Shown here: positions 31,040 through 42,092 of the stretch, piece after piece
Numbering within the stretch: position 1 is the first letter of the stretch
Layout: every line of letters begins with the position of its first letter
Source: Myxococcota bacterium
GTDB taxonomy: Bacteria; Myxococcota_A; UBA796; SXON01
DNA length: 64,000 bases
NCBI GenBank assembly: GCA_040386535.1
Contig: JAZKFH010000023.1
Span: forward strand, 64,001-128,000
Direction: 5' to 3'
Translations under genes and position numbers: made by a program
The notes under the pieces: generated by a model
The model's database searches: none
Told to the model about the DNA's origin: nothing
The model's input: only the letters and a program-made list of their open reading frames with translations

Positions 31040-31792
31040 ATGACGTTGATGCTGCTGGTTGCGATGGCGAAGGCCGCTGACATCGAAGGGACGACGGCCG
31101 ATCCGACCCTCACCGTCGAGCGGCCCGCCGAGGAGTCCTTTGGTGCATCCAGGGATTCCGGGTCGACCAAGTCGGGCTCCGGCTCGTCCAAGTCGGACGA
31201 CACGTCGAGCGGCTCCTTCTTCAAGAAAGGCAAGATGTGGGGTTGGAACTACCGCCCCTACGTCACCCCCGGGGGCGGGCTCACCATCGGGAACGGTGGC
31301 ACCGCCATCACCGGAGGTGCCGACGTCGGTGTGAAGTATTGGAAGAAGAAGTGGAAGGGTGATGTGCAGGCGGGTGGCAGCTACACCTCTGGGAGCACGC
31401 TCAACGGGTACGACGTGCACATCGGCAACGAGTTCGGTCGGCGGGAGAAGTGGTGGGGGTTGTCGGCCGGCGTGCTCGGCTTCTACAACGGGTACATCGG
31501 TCAGGACGCGTCGGACCCCACCCTTGACCCCTCGGTCGGCATCGACATCCCCGTCGAGCTCGTCCTCGGGCCCAAGAAGTACTACGTCTGGGGCGGCGTC
31601 ACCCCGTCGTTCCTCTTCAACGAGGACCGCCACGTGAAGTCCCTCCCGTTCGGTGACGAGCTCGAGTGGGGCGTCGGCGTCGGCCTGAAGCTCAAGTGGA
31701 TCACCGCCGAGGCGGGGTTCACGTCGCGCATCACCACGGTCGGCGTGATCAACACGCCCACGATCTCGGTGTCGATCGCTGGGATGGACTGA
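31040..31792 (+). CDS. Probable outer-membrane beta-barrel protein
   Basis: SD GGAGG, signal peptide, Gly/aromatic-rich strands. Confidence 0.6.
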   Translation: MTLMLLVAMAKAADIEGTTADPTLTVERPAEESFGASRDSGSTKSGSGSSKSDDTSSGSFFKKGKMWGWNYRPYVTPGGGLTIGNGGTAITGGADVGVKYWKKKWKGDVQAGGSYTSGSTLNGYDVHIGNEFGRREKWWGLSAGVLGFYNGYIGQDASDPTLDPSVGIDIPVELVLGPKKYYVWGGVTPSFLFNEDRHVKSLPFGDELEWGVGVGLKLKWITAEAGFTSRITTVGVINTPTISVSIAGMD

Positions 31793-31807
31793 CGCCTCGG
31801 GGTCCGG

Positions 31808-31843
31808 CGAGCCCGCGGGGCCCCTGAAGCCCCCGCGGGCTCG
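31808..31843. terminator. 13-bp stem hairpin between convergent genes
   Basis: cgagcccgcgggg-10 nt-ccccgcgggctcg. Confidence 0.65.
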
Positions 31844-32194
31844 TCACTCCTCCGTGCCCTGCTCCTCGGTCACGGTGACGTCCCGGCTCAGGCGCCGCGA
31901 GCCCACCTGCAGCATCAGCGTGGCGTCACCCACGACGAGGAACTGCGCCCGGTTCTCGGACACCGTGGCGAATTCGGGTGGGTCGAAGGACAGGCGCATG
32001 GCCCCGGTCATCAGCGCGTCGTCGCACCACATCCAGAGGGTCCACTCGTCTCCGACCTGGGGCGGGTCGTCGCCAGTGACGTGGATCTCGAGCACCTCAC
32101 ACGGATCCACCGTGGGGGTGTCCTCGACTTCTTCGATCGGCGCGGTGTCCTGGGGGGCTTCGCCCGTACATGCCGCGAGGAGGAGCAAGAGCAT
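31844..32194 (-). CDS. Small lipoprotein, Ig-like
   Basis: MLLLLLAAC; TATCCT 6 nt upstream. Confidence 0.7.
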   Translation of the reverse strand: MLLLLLAACTGEAPQDTAPIEEVEDTPTVDPCEVLEIHVTGDDPPQVGDEWTLWMWCDDALMTGAMRLSFDPPEFATVSENRAQFLVVGDATLMLQVGSRRLSRDVTVTEEQGTEE

Positions 32195-32279
32195 CGGCGC
32201 AGGATACCCCACTCCGCGGGGCGGCGCCGGCAGGGGGGCGGGGTTGCAGCGACGCGGTGGCGCCCCTCTCCAAAACCGT

Positions 32280-32322
32280 GTTGCGCTCCCCGGCCACGCA
32301 AGGGGAGCCGAGGAGCGCAACG
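32280..32322 (-). terminator. Hairpin downstream of the 32386..32832 gene
   Basis: gttgcgctcc-c-cggc...gccg-a-ggagcgcaac, followed on the minus strand by acggtttt. Confidence 0.5.
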
Positions 32323-32385
32323 ATGGCAGGGTGCTACAGGCCGAGGTGAGGGGAGCGCCCCCAGGCCTGGCTACGCGCGGGCGCC

Positions 32386-32832
32386 TTAGGCCGAGACCGC
32401 CTTACGACGACGCCGGCGGCGAGCGTTGCGCTTGGGGGTGGCGACACCGTCGTGGTTGCGACGCCACCACTGAGCCGCGCCTTCGGGCGTCTTGATGTTG
32501 AAGAGCCGAGCGATCTCGGCCCAATCCGCACCACGCGCGAGGGCTTCTTCGCCCTGCTTGATCCGCTCGTCGCGCCAGCCGCGGCGCTCGACGCGGCGGT
32601 CCTCCCGCTCCTTCTCGCGGTTCTGGCTCGCGGGCTTGCGCATGAGGGGGTAGTGCAACCCCATCTTCTTTGCGTAGCGGCGGGCCTTGGCGCGGAGCGC
32701 ATCGCTCGACAGGCCGATCTTCTCGGCCACCTTGCGGAGCTGGCGTTCGCGCTTGCGGGGCGAGTCACCGCGCCCCGACATCTTGTTCAGGAGGTTGTAG
32801 ATCTCTTCGCCTGTCATCGTGACGATCTCCAT
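32386..32832 (-). CDS. Highly basic hypothetical protein with two HTH-like motifs
   Basis: LRKVAEKIGLSSDALR and WAEIARLFNIKTPEGAAQWW; RRRRRRK tail. Confidence 0.7.
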   Translation of the reverse strand: MEIVTMTGEEIYNLLNKMSGRGDSPRKRERQLRKVAEKIGLSSDALRAKARRYAKKMGLHYPLMRKPASQNREKEREDRRVERRGWRDERIKQGEEALARGADWAEIARLFNIKTPEGAAQWWRRNHDGVATPKRNARRRRRRKAVSA

Positions 32833-33007
32833 TCTTTGGATTCACGTTTCGCCTACCTCTGCCGAGGGAGACGGAGCGGTTGGCTTCCTGCCAGATGATG
32901 AGTCACCCGATTCGCCGAGGGGTTCGGAGAGTCAAGCACCACTCACGGCAAACAGTAGCGCGCAGTCGAACGAACGGCAACGGATCTGGTGCGATCTCGA
33001 TCGAAAT

Positions 33008-34501
33008 TCATTCCCAGCTAAGCCGATAGTCTCGGAACTGGAACGACGTCGCGCCCGGTACGACCGTGTGGCGCCCCTGCGTGACCGGTCTCGCGTTGAT
33101 CTCCGCGTTGTCCGACCGGATCTCTGCGGTGATGCGCGTGTTCCAGAGGGGGCGCTCGGCGCGTAGGACCAACAGCGCGTCCTCGCGACGACCTAGGCCG
33201 AGGGTGCCGTCGGGTAGGACCACGAGGTGTGCCTCGCCGAGGTGTTCGATCGCCAATGCCTGACGAGGACCGCCGGCGCGCCGATAGCTGAAGCTGCCGC
33301 CTAGCCGCGCGGGGGTGAGCCGGCCGCGGAGGGCGAAGACGACGGCCGCCGTGAGGACCAGGACGCTTGCGCCCATCCCGAGGCTCTGCGTCGGGGAGAG
33401 CCCGTAGTGCCGCTCGGCACGCACGGTCACCTTTGCTTCGAGGGCAGTCCGCTCGGCCGCGATGCCCATCGTCCGCAGCGCATCGGGGGGAGAGAGCGTG
33501 CCGTCGACCCGGAGGGTGATGGGGATGTCGATCGTGTCGGTGCGGGGGACCAACGAGAACGGGGGCTTCGGGATGTCGACCGTGAAGGGAACGCGCCCGT
33601 CGGGGGCGAGGTTCAACGTCTGAAGCTCGGTGCGCGCCCCTTCGAGGCTGATCCGGGTCGCCGCGAAGCCGAGATGGCGCAGCCCGGAGCCCAGCGAAAG
33701 GGTTCCCGTGGGCGTGTCGATGGTCGGCTGCCGCTCCACTGTCGCCACCAGGGCGAGCCGCGCCGCGTCCGCCCGGGCGAGGGGGCGCAGCCGCGCGGTC
33801 GCGAGTCGCTGGCGCACGCTGTCGATCCACGGCGCGAAGGGCTCTGCCGCCACCTCGACCGCCGCGCTGGGCTCGAAGAACGCCTTGACCTCCTCGACGC
33901 CGGACGTGTGCACCGGCTCGGCGAGCGCTCCGACGGGGAACACGGTCACGTCGACGGTGGCGTGGTCGCCACTGGCGTCGAACGCGGCGTCGAACTTCTC
34001 GAAACCACGGATGCTGCGACACCCGAAGCCGCCGTCCGCGTAGATGGACTCCAGCGGAGGCGCGTGGCAGAGGTTGCCGACGACGAGCACGAGCCGCGAG
34101 GTGTCCGCCCCGGCCGCCGCGAGGCTCTGCGCAATGGCGGTCAGGCCCGCGCCGAGGTCGGTGCTCTTCGCCGAGGGGAACTCGAGCGCCCGGATCTCGG
34201 CGGCGAGGGCCGCCCGCCCCGCCTCGTCCACCGTGCGCACCGAGAGCGCCGGGCTCGATCGGGTGTGCACGACCAGGATCTCGATGCGATCGCCCGGGGG
34301 GAGCGACTCGACGAGGCGCGCGACGGGCTCACGGGCGGCGTTTGCGACCGGCCGCATGGCGCCGGCTGTCTGGAGCACGACCGTCCATGTGACGGGGGTG
34401 CCCTCGAGCGCGGCGACCGTGGGGAGCACCGGTGGTGCAACGGCCGGATCCGCCGCGAGGGCGGCGGGAGCGGCGAGGGAGAGGAGGAGGGGAAGAAGCA
34501 T
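33008..34501 (-). CDS. Single-pass protein: signal peptide, degenerate vWA, Ig-like region, TM, cytoplasmic beta domain
   Basis: VVLQTAGAM in place of DxSxS, TDLGAGL, LVLVVGN. Confidence 0.65.
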   Translation of the reverse strand: MLLPLLLSLAAPAALAADPAVAPPVLPTVAALEGTPVTWTVVLQTAGAMRPVANAAREPVARLVESLPPGDRIEILVVHTRSSPALSVRTVDEAGRAALAAEIRALEFPSAKSTDLGAGLTAIAQSLAAAGADTSRLVLVVGNLCHAPPLESIYADGGFGCRSIRGFEKFDAAFDASGDHATVDVTVFPVGALAEPVHTSGVEEVKAFFEPSAAVEVAAEPFAPWIDSVRQRLATARLRPLARADAARLALVATVERQPTIDTPTGTLSLGSGLRHLGFAATRISLEGARTELQTLNLAPDGRVPFTVDIPKPPFSLVPRTDTIDIPITLRVDGTLSPPDALRTMGIAAERTALEAKVTVRAERHYGLSPTQSLGMGASVLVLTAAVVFALRGRLTPARLGGSFSYRRAGGPRQALAIEHLGEAHLVVLPDGTLGLGRREDALLVLRAERPLWNTRITAEIRSDNAEINARPVTQGRHTVVPGATSFQFRDYRLSWE

Positions 34502-34823
34502 GCCGTCGGCGCGGAACCTTAGTGCCACGGTGCACCTGCCGCAACCCGCCGCCCTCGGGCGCGAAGTCGGCACGTGCCGACAGCACGTTCGGCAGTGCGC
34601 GGCGAGCGGCTCGGCGGGATTCCCTAATGGGCGGGGAACCTCGATCCTCGAGTCGTCACCGCACGGGCGACGAACGGTCCTGCTCCCGAGCGCCGTGCCG
34701 CACGCGATCCTCTCGCGGGGCTTTCTCCCCGTCGCGTGTGGCGCGAGCACGTCCGTACCGGGGCGGCTCGCGGACCGCTCCGAGGACGCCCCGCCCACAG
34801 CAGGGCGCGCCCAGCGCGAGCGC

Positions 34824-35543
34824 CTAGAGGACCTTCTTGATCGCCTTGACGATCTTGGGCGAGAGCTTCGCCCAGTCGGCCGTGTCTTCCTTGGTGACGG
34901 TGACGAAGTCCTTCACCGCGAACACGCCCTTCACGCCGCCGCACGCCCAGAGGGCCTTGCCGAGCGGGTGCTTCTCGGCGTCTTCCGCCGAGTTGAAGGA
35001 GAGGGAGCCCTTCTCCACGACCGTGGTCGTGGTCGTGAACTTGCGGGCGTTGGGGTTCGGCGTGTCTTCCGCGACGACGTCCACGGGCTTCTTCGCCACC
35101 TTCTTCTCAGCGGGCTCCGCGGCTTCCGCGGGCTCGATCGCCAACGCGGCTTGCGTGGAAGCCGAAGCGGCTACCATCGGCTCGGCGCGACCGTGGTCGT
35201 GCGAATGCCCGTGGTCGTGCCCGTGGTCCTCGGCGGGGGGCGCCTTCGGTGCCGGGGCGGCGGCCTTCGGTGCGGCTGCGGCGACCGGAGCCGGCGCGGC
35301 CTTGGGGGCGGGCGCGGCGGGCTTCGGGGCAGGCGCGGGGGCCTCGGCCCGCTCGCCACCGTGATCGTGGGAATGGCCGTGGGAGTGACCGTGGTCGTGC
35401 CCTCCGCCTTCGTCTTCCTCCGCCTCGGGGGCGGGCGGGCGCGGCGCGGGCGGTTGGCGCGGCGGCGTGGGTCGGGCGGCGGGCGGCGGGGTCTTGCGGC
35501 CGAGCAATTGGCCGAGCAGCTTCTTCAAGGTCGAGCGGATCAT
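34824..35543 (-). CDS. Nfu_N-domain protein with His-rich, Pro/Ala-rich N-terminal extension
   Basis: EDTPNPNARKF...GVKGVFAVKDFVTVTK..W; two GHDHGHSH tracts. Confidence 0.8.
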   Translation of the reverse strand: MIRSTLKKLLGQLLGRKTPPPAARPTPPRQPPAPRPPAPEAEEDEGGGHDHGHSHGHSHDHGGERAEAPAPAPKPAAPAPKAAPAPVAAAAPKAAAPAPKAPPAEDHGHDHGHSHDHGRAEPMVAASASTQAALAIEPAEAAEPAEKKVAKKPVDVVAEDTPNPNARKFTTTTTVVEKGSLSFNSAEDAEKHPLGKALWACGGVKGVFAVKDFVTVTKEDTADWAKLSPKIVKAIKKVL

Positions 35544-35649
35544 GTTCGGCTCCGGGCGCGCGAACTAACCGACCCGGATGCGGTTGCACCGGAATTCGCT
35601 GGCGCGATCGCGTCGGACGGGCTCTCTTGTGCCCCAGGAGACCGACCCC

Positions 35650-36861
35650 ATGCTCGTCCTGTTGCTCATTGCCTGTGTTTCGAAGGACGACTCCGCGGCC
35701 GGCGGTCCCACCTACTACCGGGACGTGCGCCCGATCCTCGACAACAGCTGCGCGCGTTGCCACACCGACCGGGGGCTCTCCACCTCGTTCGACGACCCTG
35801 CGAGTGTTCAGGCCCTCGCGACGTCCATCCAGGCGCGCACCCAGGCTGGCACGATGCCGCCGCCCGCCCCGGATCCGAGCTGCGCCGACTACGACGGATC
35901 CGACGCGTTGTTCTTGTCGGACGCTGACAAGCAGCTGCTCTCCGACTGGGCGGACGCGGGGGCCCCCCTCGGCGATCCCGACACCGCGCCCCCCGCCGGC
36001 CCGCCGCTGACGACGGCGCCGTTCGACGTCGAGCTGCGCGGCAGCGCCCCGTACCAGCCCACGTTCGACGAGACGGGCAACGACTATCGCTGCTTCGTCC
36101 TCGATGTCGGCAACACCGACGTCGCCTACGTCACCGGCTTCGAGGCGCTTGTCGACAACCCGCGGATCGTGCACCACGTCGTGTTGTGGTCCGTGGCAGC
36201 GACCACCACGCTGCCCGAGGAGAGCAGCAGCGAGGCCGGCTTTGCGTGTGACGGCTTCGGCGAGAGCGGCTGGGACTTCTTCGCGGGCTGGGCGCCGGGC
36301 GGCCGGCCCTTCCTGTTCGACGAGGGGCAGGGCATGGCGATGCGGGCGAGCTCGCGTCTCGTGCTGCAGATGCACTACTACGAGAGCTTCGACGGCGCCG
36401 CGGCCGAGGTCGACCAGAGCGGCTACGGGCTGCACCTCGCGGAGAGCGTCGACACCCGGATCTTCGCGCTGCCGCTCGGCGTCGAGGACTTCGAGATCCC
36501 GGCGGGAGAGTACGCCGAGGAGGAGATGTTCGTGCCCTGGCAGGACGATTGGGGCACCGTCACCGTCGTGGGCGTCTTCCCGCACATGCACATGCTCGGC
36601 ACCGGCTTCGACTTCAACGTGCGCCATGCGGACGGCTCGAACACGTGTGTCGTGGAGCTGAACGACTGGGACTTCCACAACCAGCAGGCCGTCCGCCTGA
36701 ACGAGCCGGTCCTCATCCAGGGTGGCGACACGGTCACGGTCAACTGCCGCTACGACAACAGCGCGTCCAACCCGAACCAGCCCTCGGATCCGCCGCAGGA
36801 CGTGGTGTTCGGCGAGGGGACCGGCGACGAGATGTGCTACGGCTTCACCTACGGGTATTAG
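35650..36861 (+). CDS. Lipoprotein: c-type heme domain plus copper type II ascorbate-dependent monooxygenase
   Basis: LIAC lipobox, CARCH, VHHVV, LQMHY, PHMHMLG, DEMC. Confidence 0.85.
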   Translation: MLVLLLIACVSKDDSAAGGPTYYRDVRPILDNSCARCHTDRGLSTSFDDPASVQALATSIQARTQAGTMPPPAPDPSCADYDGSDALFLSDADKQLLSDWADAGAPLGDPDTAPPAGPPLTTAPFDVELRGSAPYQPTFDETGNDYRCFVLDVGNTDVAYVTGFEALVDNPRIVHHVVLWSVAATTTLPEESSSEAGFACDGFGESGWDFFAGWAPGGRPFLFDEGQGMAMRASSRLVLQMHYYESFDGAAAEVDQSGYGLHLAESVDTRIFALPLGVEDFEIPAGEYAEEEMFVPWQDDWGTVTVVGVFPHMHMLGTGFDFNVRHADGSNTCVVELNDWDFHNQQAVRLNEPVLIQGGDTVTVNCRYDNSASNPNQPSDPPQDVVFGEGTGDEMCYGFTYGY

Positions 36862-36989
36862 GGGTAAGCCTTCGGATTCACAGGAGAAGGGGCCCCCTCG
36901 GTCACGGAAGAGAGTGAGAGGGCCCCCTGGTTGCAAGGAAAGGTGCCCCCCCGGCACCGCGCGCGGAGGGGCTCCCGAGAACTGGTGGG

Positions 36990-37499
36990 TTAGCGGGTCG
37001 TCCCCTCGACGAGCGCGTCGCCGCTCCACGTGATGCGGAACTCGGCGCGGCGATTGGCTGCCCAGACGGACTCGCCCTGGCCGCTCGACAGGGGGCGCTC
37101 CTCGCCGTACGACACGGTCGCGATCTGGCTCGTGCCGACACCGCCCGTCACGAGCCAGGCGCGCACGACCGCCGCGCGCTTGTCTCCGAGCGCGAGGTTG
37201 TAGTCGGTGGTGCCGCGCTCGTCCGCGTGCCCCTGCACCTCGACCTTGACCGCTGGGTTCGCGGTCAGGATCGCCGCGTTCTCGCTCAGCGCCGCCTTCG
37301 ACACGGTGTCGAGCGTGGCGGAGTCGTAGGCGAACTGGACGCGGGCGAAGTTCTGCGCGACGCGGGCCACCACGGGCGGCGGCGCCTCCTTCGCGGGGTC
37401 GCTGGGCTCGGGGGTGTAGGCGGCGTCCAGCGAGGCGGGCGGGGCCTTCTTGCACGCCGGGGTGAGCAGGACGAGGGCGACGAGGGCGAAGATGCGCAC
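36990..37499 (-). CDS. pal: Peptidoglycan-associated lipoprotein (OmpA family)
   Basis: PAC lipobox; FAYDS, GHADERGTTDYNLALGDKRA, SYGEERP, NRRAEF. Confidence 0.88.
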   Translation of the reverse strand: MRIFALVALVLLTPACKKAPPASLDAAYTPEPSDPAKEAPPPVVARVAQNFARVQFAYDSATLDTVSKAALSENAAILTANPAVKVEVQGHADERGTTDYNLALGDKRAAVVRAWLVTGGVGTSQIATVSYGEERPLSSGQGESVWAANRRAEFRITWSGDALVEGTTR

Positions 37500-37515
37500 G
37501 GGGACTCCGGGGAGA

Positions 37516-37926
37516 TCAGTTGGGTCGGGGGAGCAGCAGCTGGCGGGCGACACGGCAGAGCTCTTCGAGCTCGAAGGGCTTCTCCAGCACCAGGGCGGCG
37601 CCGAGGCGTCGCGCGCGGGCGTGGGTCGGCGCGTCGCCGAACGCGGTGATGACGATGACGGGGAGCCAGGCGTCGGCCCCGCGGAGGGCCGCCACCACGT
37701 CGAGCCCGGAGCGCCCCGGCATGCGCACGTCGGTGATGAGCAGATCGGGGAGCGGCGCAGAGGTCGGACGGTGGACGGAGTGCGCCACCCGGCGGAGCAG
37801 CGCGTCGCCCGTGGCCGCGGTCTCCACGAGGTAGCCGCGGCGCTCCAGCGCCTCCTCGAGGAGCGCGCGCATGGCGTCGTCATCTTCGGCGACGAGCACG
37901 CGGGGGGCGCGGGGGGCGAGGTGCAT
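37516..37926 (-). CDS. Single-domain response regulator (CheY-like)
   Basis: VAEDD, ITDVRMPG, ITAF, KPF. Confidence 0.88.
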   Translation of the reverse strand: MHLAPRAPRVLVAEDDDAMRALLEEALERRGYLVETAATGDALLRRVAHSVHRPTSAPLPDLLITDVRMPGRSGLDVVAALRGADAWLPVIVITAFGDAPTHARARRLGAALVLEKPFELEELCRVARQLLLPRPN

Positions 37927-37938
37927 GGCCCGAAGGAG

Positions 37939-37954
37939 AGCAAGGCGCGTGCCA
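37939..37954 (-). promoter_or_regulatory. Sigma54 -24/-12 promoter
   Basis: TGGCACGCGCCTTGCT on the minus strand, exact consensus. Confidence 0.85.
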
Positions 37955-38020
37955 CACCGGGTGAACGGCGTGCCGGCAAAAAAGAACGGTAGAACCGGCT
38001 TCGTCGTAACGAGGGCCGGC

Positions 38021-38056
38021 GAGGCAGAACGCCCCACGGGGCAAAATGCCCCGTGG
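38021..38056. promoter_or_regulatory. Tandem palindromic enhancer sites (bEBP UAS)
   Basis: GAGGCAGAACGCCCC and (cca c)GGGGCAAAATGCCCC(gtgg), about 70-100 bp upstream of the sigma54 site. Confidence 0.6.
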
Positions 38057-38061
38057 CACCC

Positions 38062-39437
<1,376 letters not shown>

Positions 39438-39438
<1 letters not shown>

Positions 39439-40889
39439 CAGGCCTCGCTGTCCTGGAGGAACACGCGGAAGCGCGCTCCTGCGTCGGGTCGGTTCTCCAC
39501 GTCTATCCATCCGCCGTGTTCGGCCACGATGCCCCAGGCCACGGAGAGGCCGAGGCCGGTACCTTCGCCCACCTCCTTGGTGGTGAAGAAGGGGTCGAAC
39601 ACCCGGGAGAGGTGCTCCGGGGCGATGCCGCGGCCGTGGTCGGCCACCGAGACCCCGACCCAGGCGCGCGGGGCGCCCCCGAGGTGCGGCGCGCGGTGCT
39701 CGTGGAAGAAGGAGACGGTGACCGTGCCGCCGTCCGGCATCGCCTGAATTGCGTTCAGGACGAGGTTGGTCAGGACCTGCTGGAGCTGGACGGGGTCCGC
39801 GTTGGCGCGGGCGCGGGCGGGCGTGGGCTCTACGATCAGCGTCACGCCCTGTTTGCGGGCGAATGGGGACAGCAGGAGGCAGACCCGCTCGATGGCCTGC
39901 GGCAGGTCGAGCGTCGCGGCCTCGGGCGAGCGGCGGCGGGCGAAGTCGAGGAGCTGCCGCACGATGTGGGTGATGCGCTCGCTCTGCTCGGCCACGATGC
40001 GCGCGTTGACCCGCGCCTCGGCGCCCTCCACCTCGCCGTTCGCCACCATCTTGGCGCGCTGGGTGATGACGTTCAGCGGCGTGCCCAGCTCGTGTGCCAG
40101 GCCCGAGGAGAGCTGCCCGACCGTCGCGAGCCGCTCGCCGTGGCGGAGCTGCTCCAGGGCCGCGATGCGGGCCGCCGCCTCGGTGTCCGCGCGCGTTCGC
40201 GCGTCCGCGAGCCGTGCCGCCATGAGATCCATCTCCTGGGCCAGCTCGCCGAACTCGTCGTCCTGGTGCAGCTCGAGCGGTTGGGAGAAGTCCCCCGCGC
40301 CGACCCGACGGGCCTTCTCGACCAGCAGCCGCATGGGCCGCCCGACGAACCGGATGCCCAGGTACAGCGTGAGCGCGCCGGCTACGAGCGCCATGCCGGC
40401 TGTCGTGAGGAGTACCCGTTTGACGCTGCTGCGGACGTAGTTGCGTTCGGCCTGGAACGACTCGGTGAACTCGAGCGCGCCGCGCCACTCGCCGCGCACC
40501 TCGAGCGGCACGTAGGTGTGGAGCGCCCCTACGCCTGTCCGGTCCGCCCACGAGATCGCCTCGCCGCGCGCCACGGGCTCGAGCACTTCCGGCGGAGCGG
40601 CCGGCTTGTCGGCCGGCGCCGCGGACGCCCCCAGATCGACCCACCGGATCATCATCTGGCTCTCGTTGCGGTTGGTCTGCTCGACCACCGCCAACGCCCG
40701 CTCCACACCTTCGCCCTCCCACAACAGGACGGTGGCGGGCGCGAGCCCACGGCCCATCACCGCGTGGTCTCGTCGCATGTCGGCTTCGAACGACTGGATC
40801 TCGGCGTTCATGCGGTGGATCGCGTTGAGGACGTAGATGACGCAGATGCCGAGCCACAAGGCGAGCGCGAGCTTGCGGGCAAAACGCAT
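39438..40889 (-). CDS. HAMP sensor histidine kinase
   Basis: Two TM, HAMP, AHELGTPL, NAIQA, DHGRGI, FFTTK, GTGLGL. Confidence 0.93.
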
Positions 40890-40892
40890 GGG

Positions 40893-42089
40893 TCAGACCG
40901 CGACCGCGGCCGCCGACGCCACGCGGCGCGCCACCGCGACGAGAAAGAACGGGACCAGCAGCGAGATCCCGATGGACACGAGCGCGACGGTCTCGATGTT
41001 GCCGAGGGAACCGTCGGGATTCGCCACGAGGAGCTCCGCGGACAGGAACGCGCCCATCGCGGATGCGATGTGTTGCACGGCCGATTGGATCGACAGGAAG
41101 CGGGCCCGCTCGTGGGGGAGGGGAACCTTGCTCACGAGCGTGTTGTAGGCGACGTTGCGCCCCGACATTCCGAGCATGAACCCGATGAACAGCACCAGGA
41201 TCGGCACGCGCGGATCGTACGCCAGGAACCAGAACACGATCAGCCCGATCAGCCAGAGGGTCGCGGCGACGCCGACCTTCACCGAGCCCTCGCGGTCGAC
41301 CCAGCCCCCGAACGCCCGGAGGCCGACGAAGCTGAACAGCCCGCCGAACAGGTAGAGGGTGCCGAGCCCATCGCGCGGGTAGCCGAGGTTGCCCTGAATG
41401 AACGCGGAGAAGTTCGGAATCAGGATGAACCCCGACATCATCACGCTGGCCGTGAGGAGGTAGGACCAGCGCACCACCGGCCGCGCGAGGAGCTCGAGCA
41501 CGCCCGGGTGGGTCCGTGCCGCCGCGAGGTGGCCGCGCATGGGCGGAAGCAACCAGATGGCGCCAGCCGCGATGATCAGGCCGAGGCCCGCGACCGCGAA
41601 GAACGGGGCCCGCCAGCCCAGCAGCCGCGCTAGCTCCAGGCCCATCGGGACGCCGAGCACCGAGGCCGCGGAGAACGCGCCCATCACCGCGCCCAGCGCC
41701 TTGCCGCGCCGCTCCGCCGGGATGACGTCGGTGACGATGGACATCGCCAGCGCGGTGGCCGGACCGCCGAAGAAGCCCGCGAGGACGCGCGCCGCCAGGA
41801 GCGTGTACAGCCCGGTCGCGAAGCCGCCGGCGGCGGTGCCGATGACGAGGCCGGTCATCGCGACGGCGAGCGCCTTGCGACGGTCGAACCGGTCCAGCAC
41901 CGCGGCCCCGAGCAGCCCCGCGACCGCCGCCGAAGCCGTGTACGCCCCGCCGACCGCGCCGATGGCCGAGACCGGGATGCCGAGCGCGATCGCGAAGTCC
42001 GGCCCGAGCGGCATCACCATCATGAAGTCGAGGATGTTGACGAACTGGACGGCGCCGACGAGGAAGATGATCGTGCGTTCGGAGCGCAC
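40893..42089 (-). CDS. MFS transporter
   Basis: About 12 TM; DRFDRR motif A. Confidence 0.9.
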   Translation of the reverse strand: MRSERTIIFLVGAVQFVNILDFMMVMPLGPDFAIALGIPVSAIGAVGGAYTASAAVAGLLGAAVLDRFDRRKALAVAMTGLVIGTAAGGFATGLYTLLAARVLAGFFGGPATALAMSIVTDVIPAERRGKALGAVMGAFSAASVLGVPMGLELARLLGWRAPFFAVAGLGLIIAAGAIWLLPPMRGHLAAARTHPGVLELLARPVVRWSYLLTASVMMSGFILIPNFSAFIQGNLGYPRDGLGTLYLFGGLFSFVGLRAFGGWVDREGSVKVGVAATLWLIGLIVFWFLAYDPRVPILVLFIGFMLGMSGRNVAYNTLVSKVPLPHERARFLSIQSAVQHIASAMGAFLSAELLVANPDGSLGNIETVALVSIGISLLVPFFLVAVARRVASAAAVAV

Positions 42090-42092
42090 CGA

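Noticed and set aside
32930..33000. c-di-GMP-I riboswitch suggested by cacggcaaac
   Set aside because: The second conserved element (GACGCAAAG) is missing and the orientation does not fit a downstream gene
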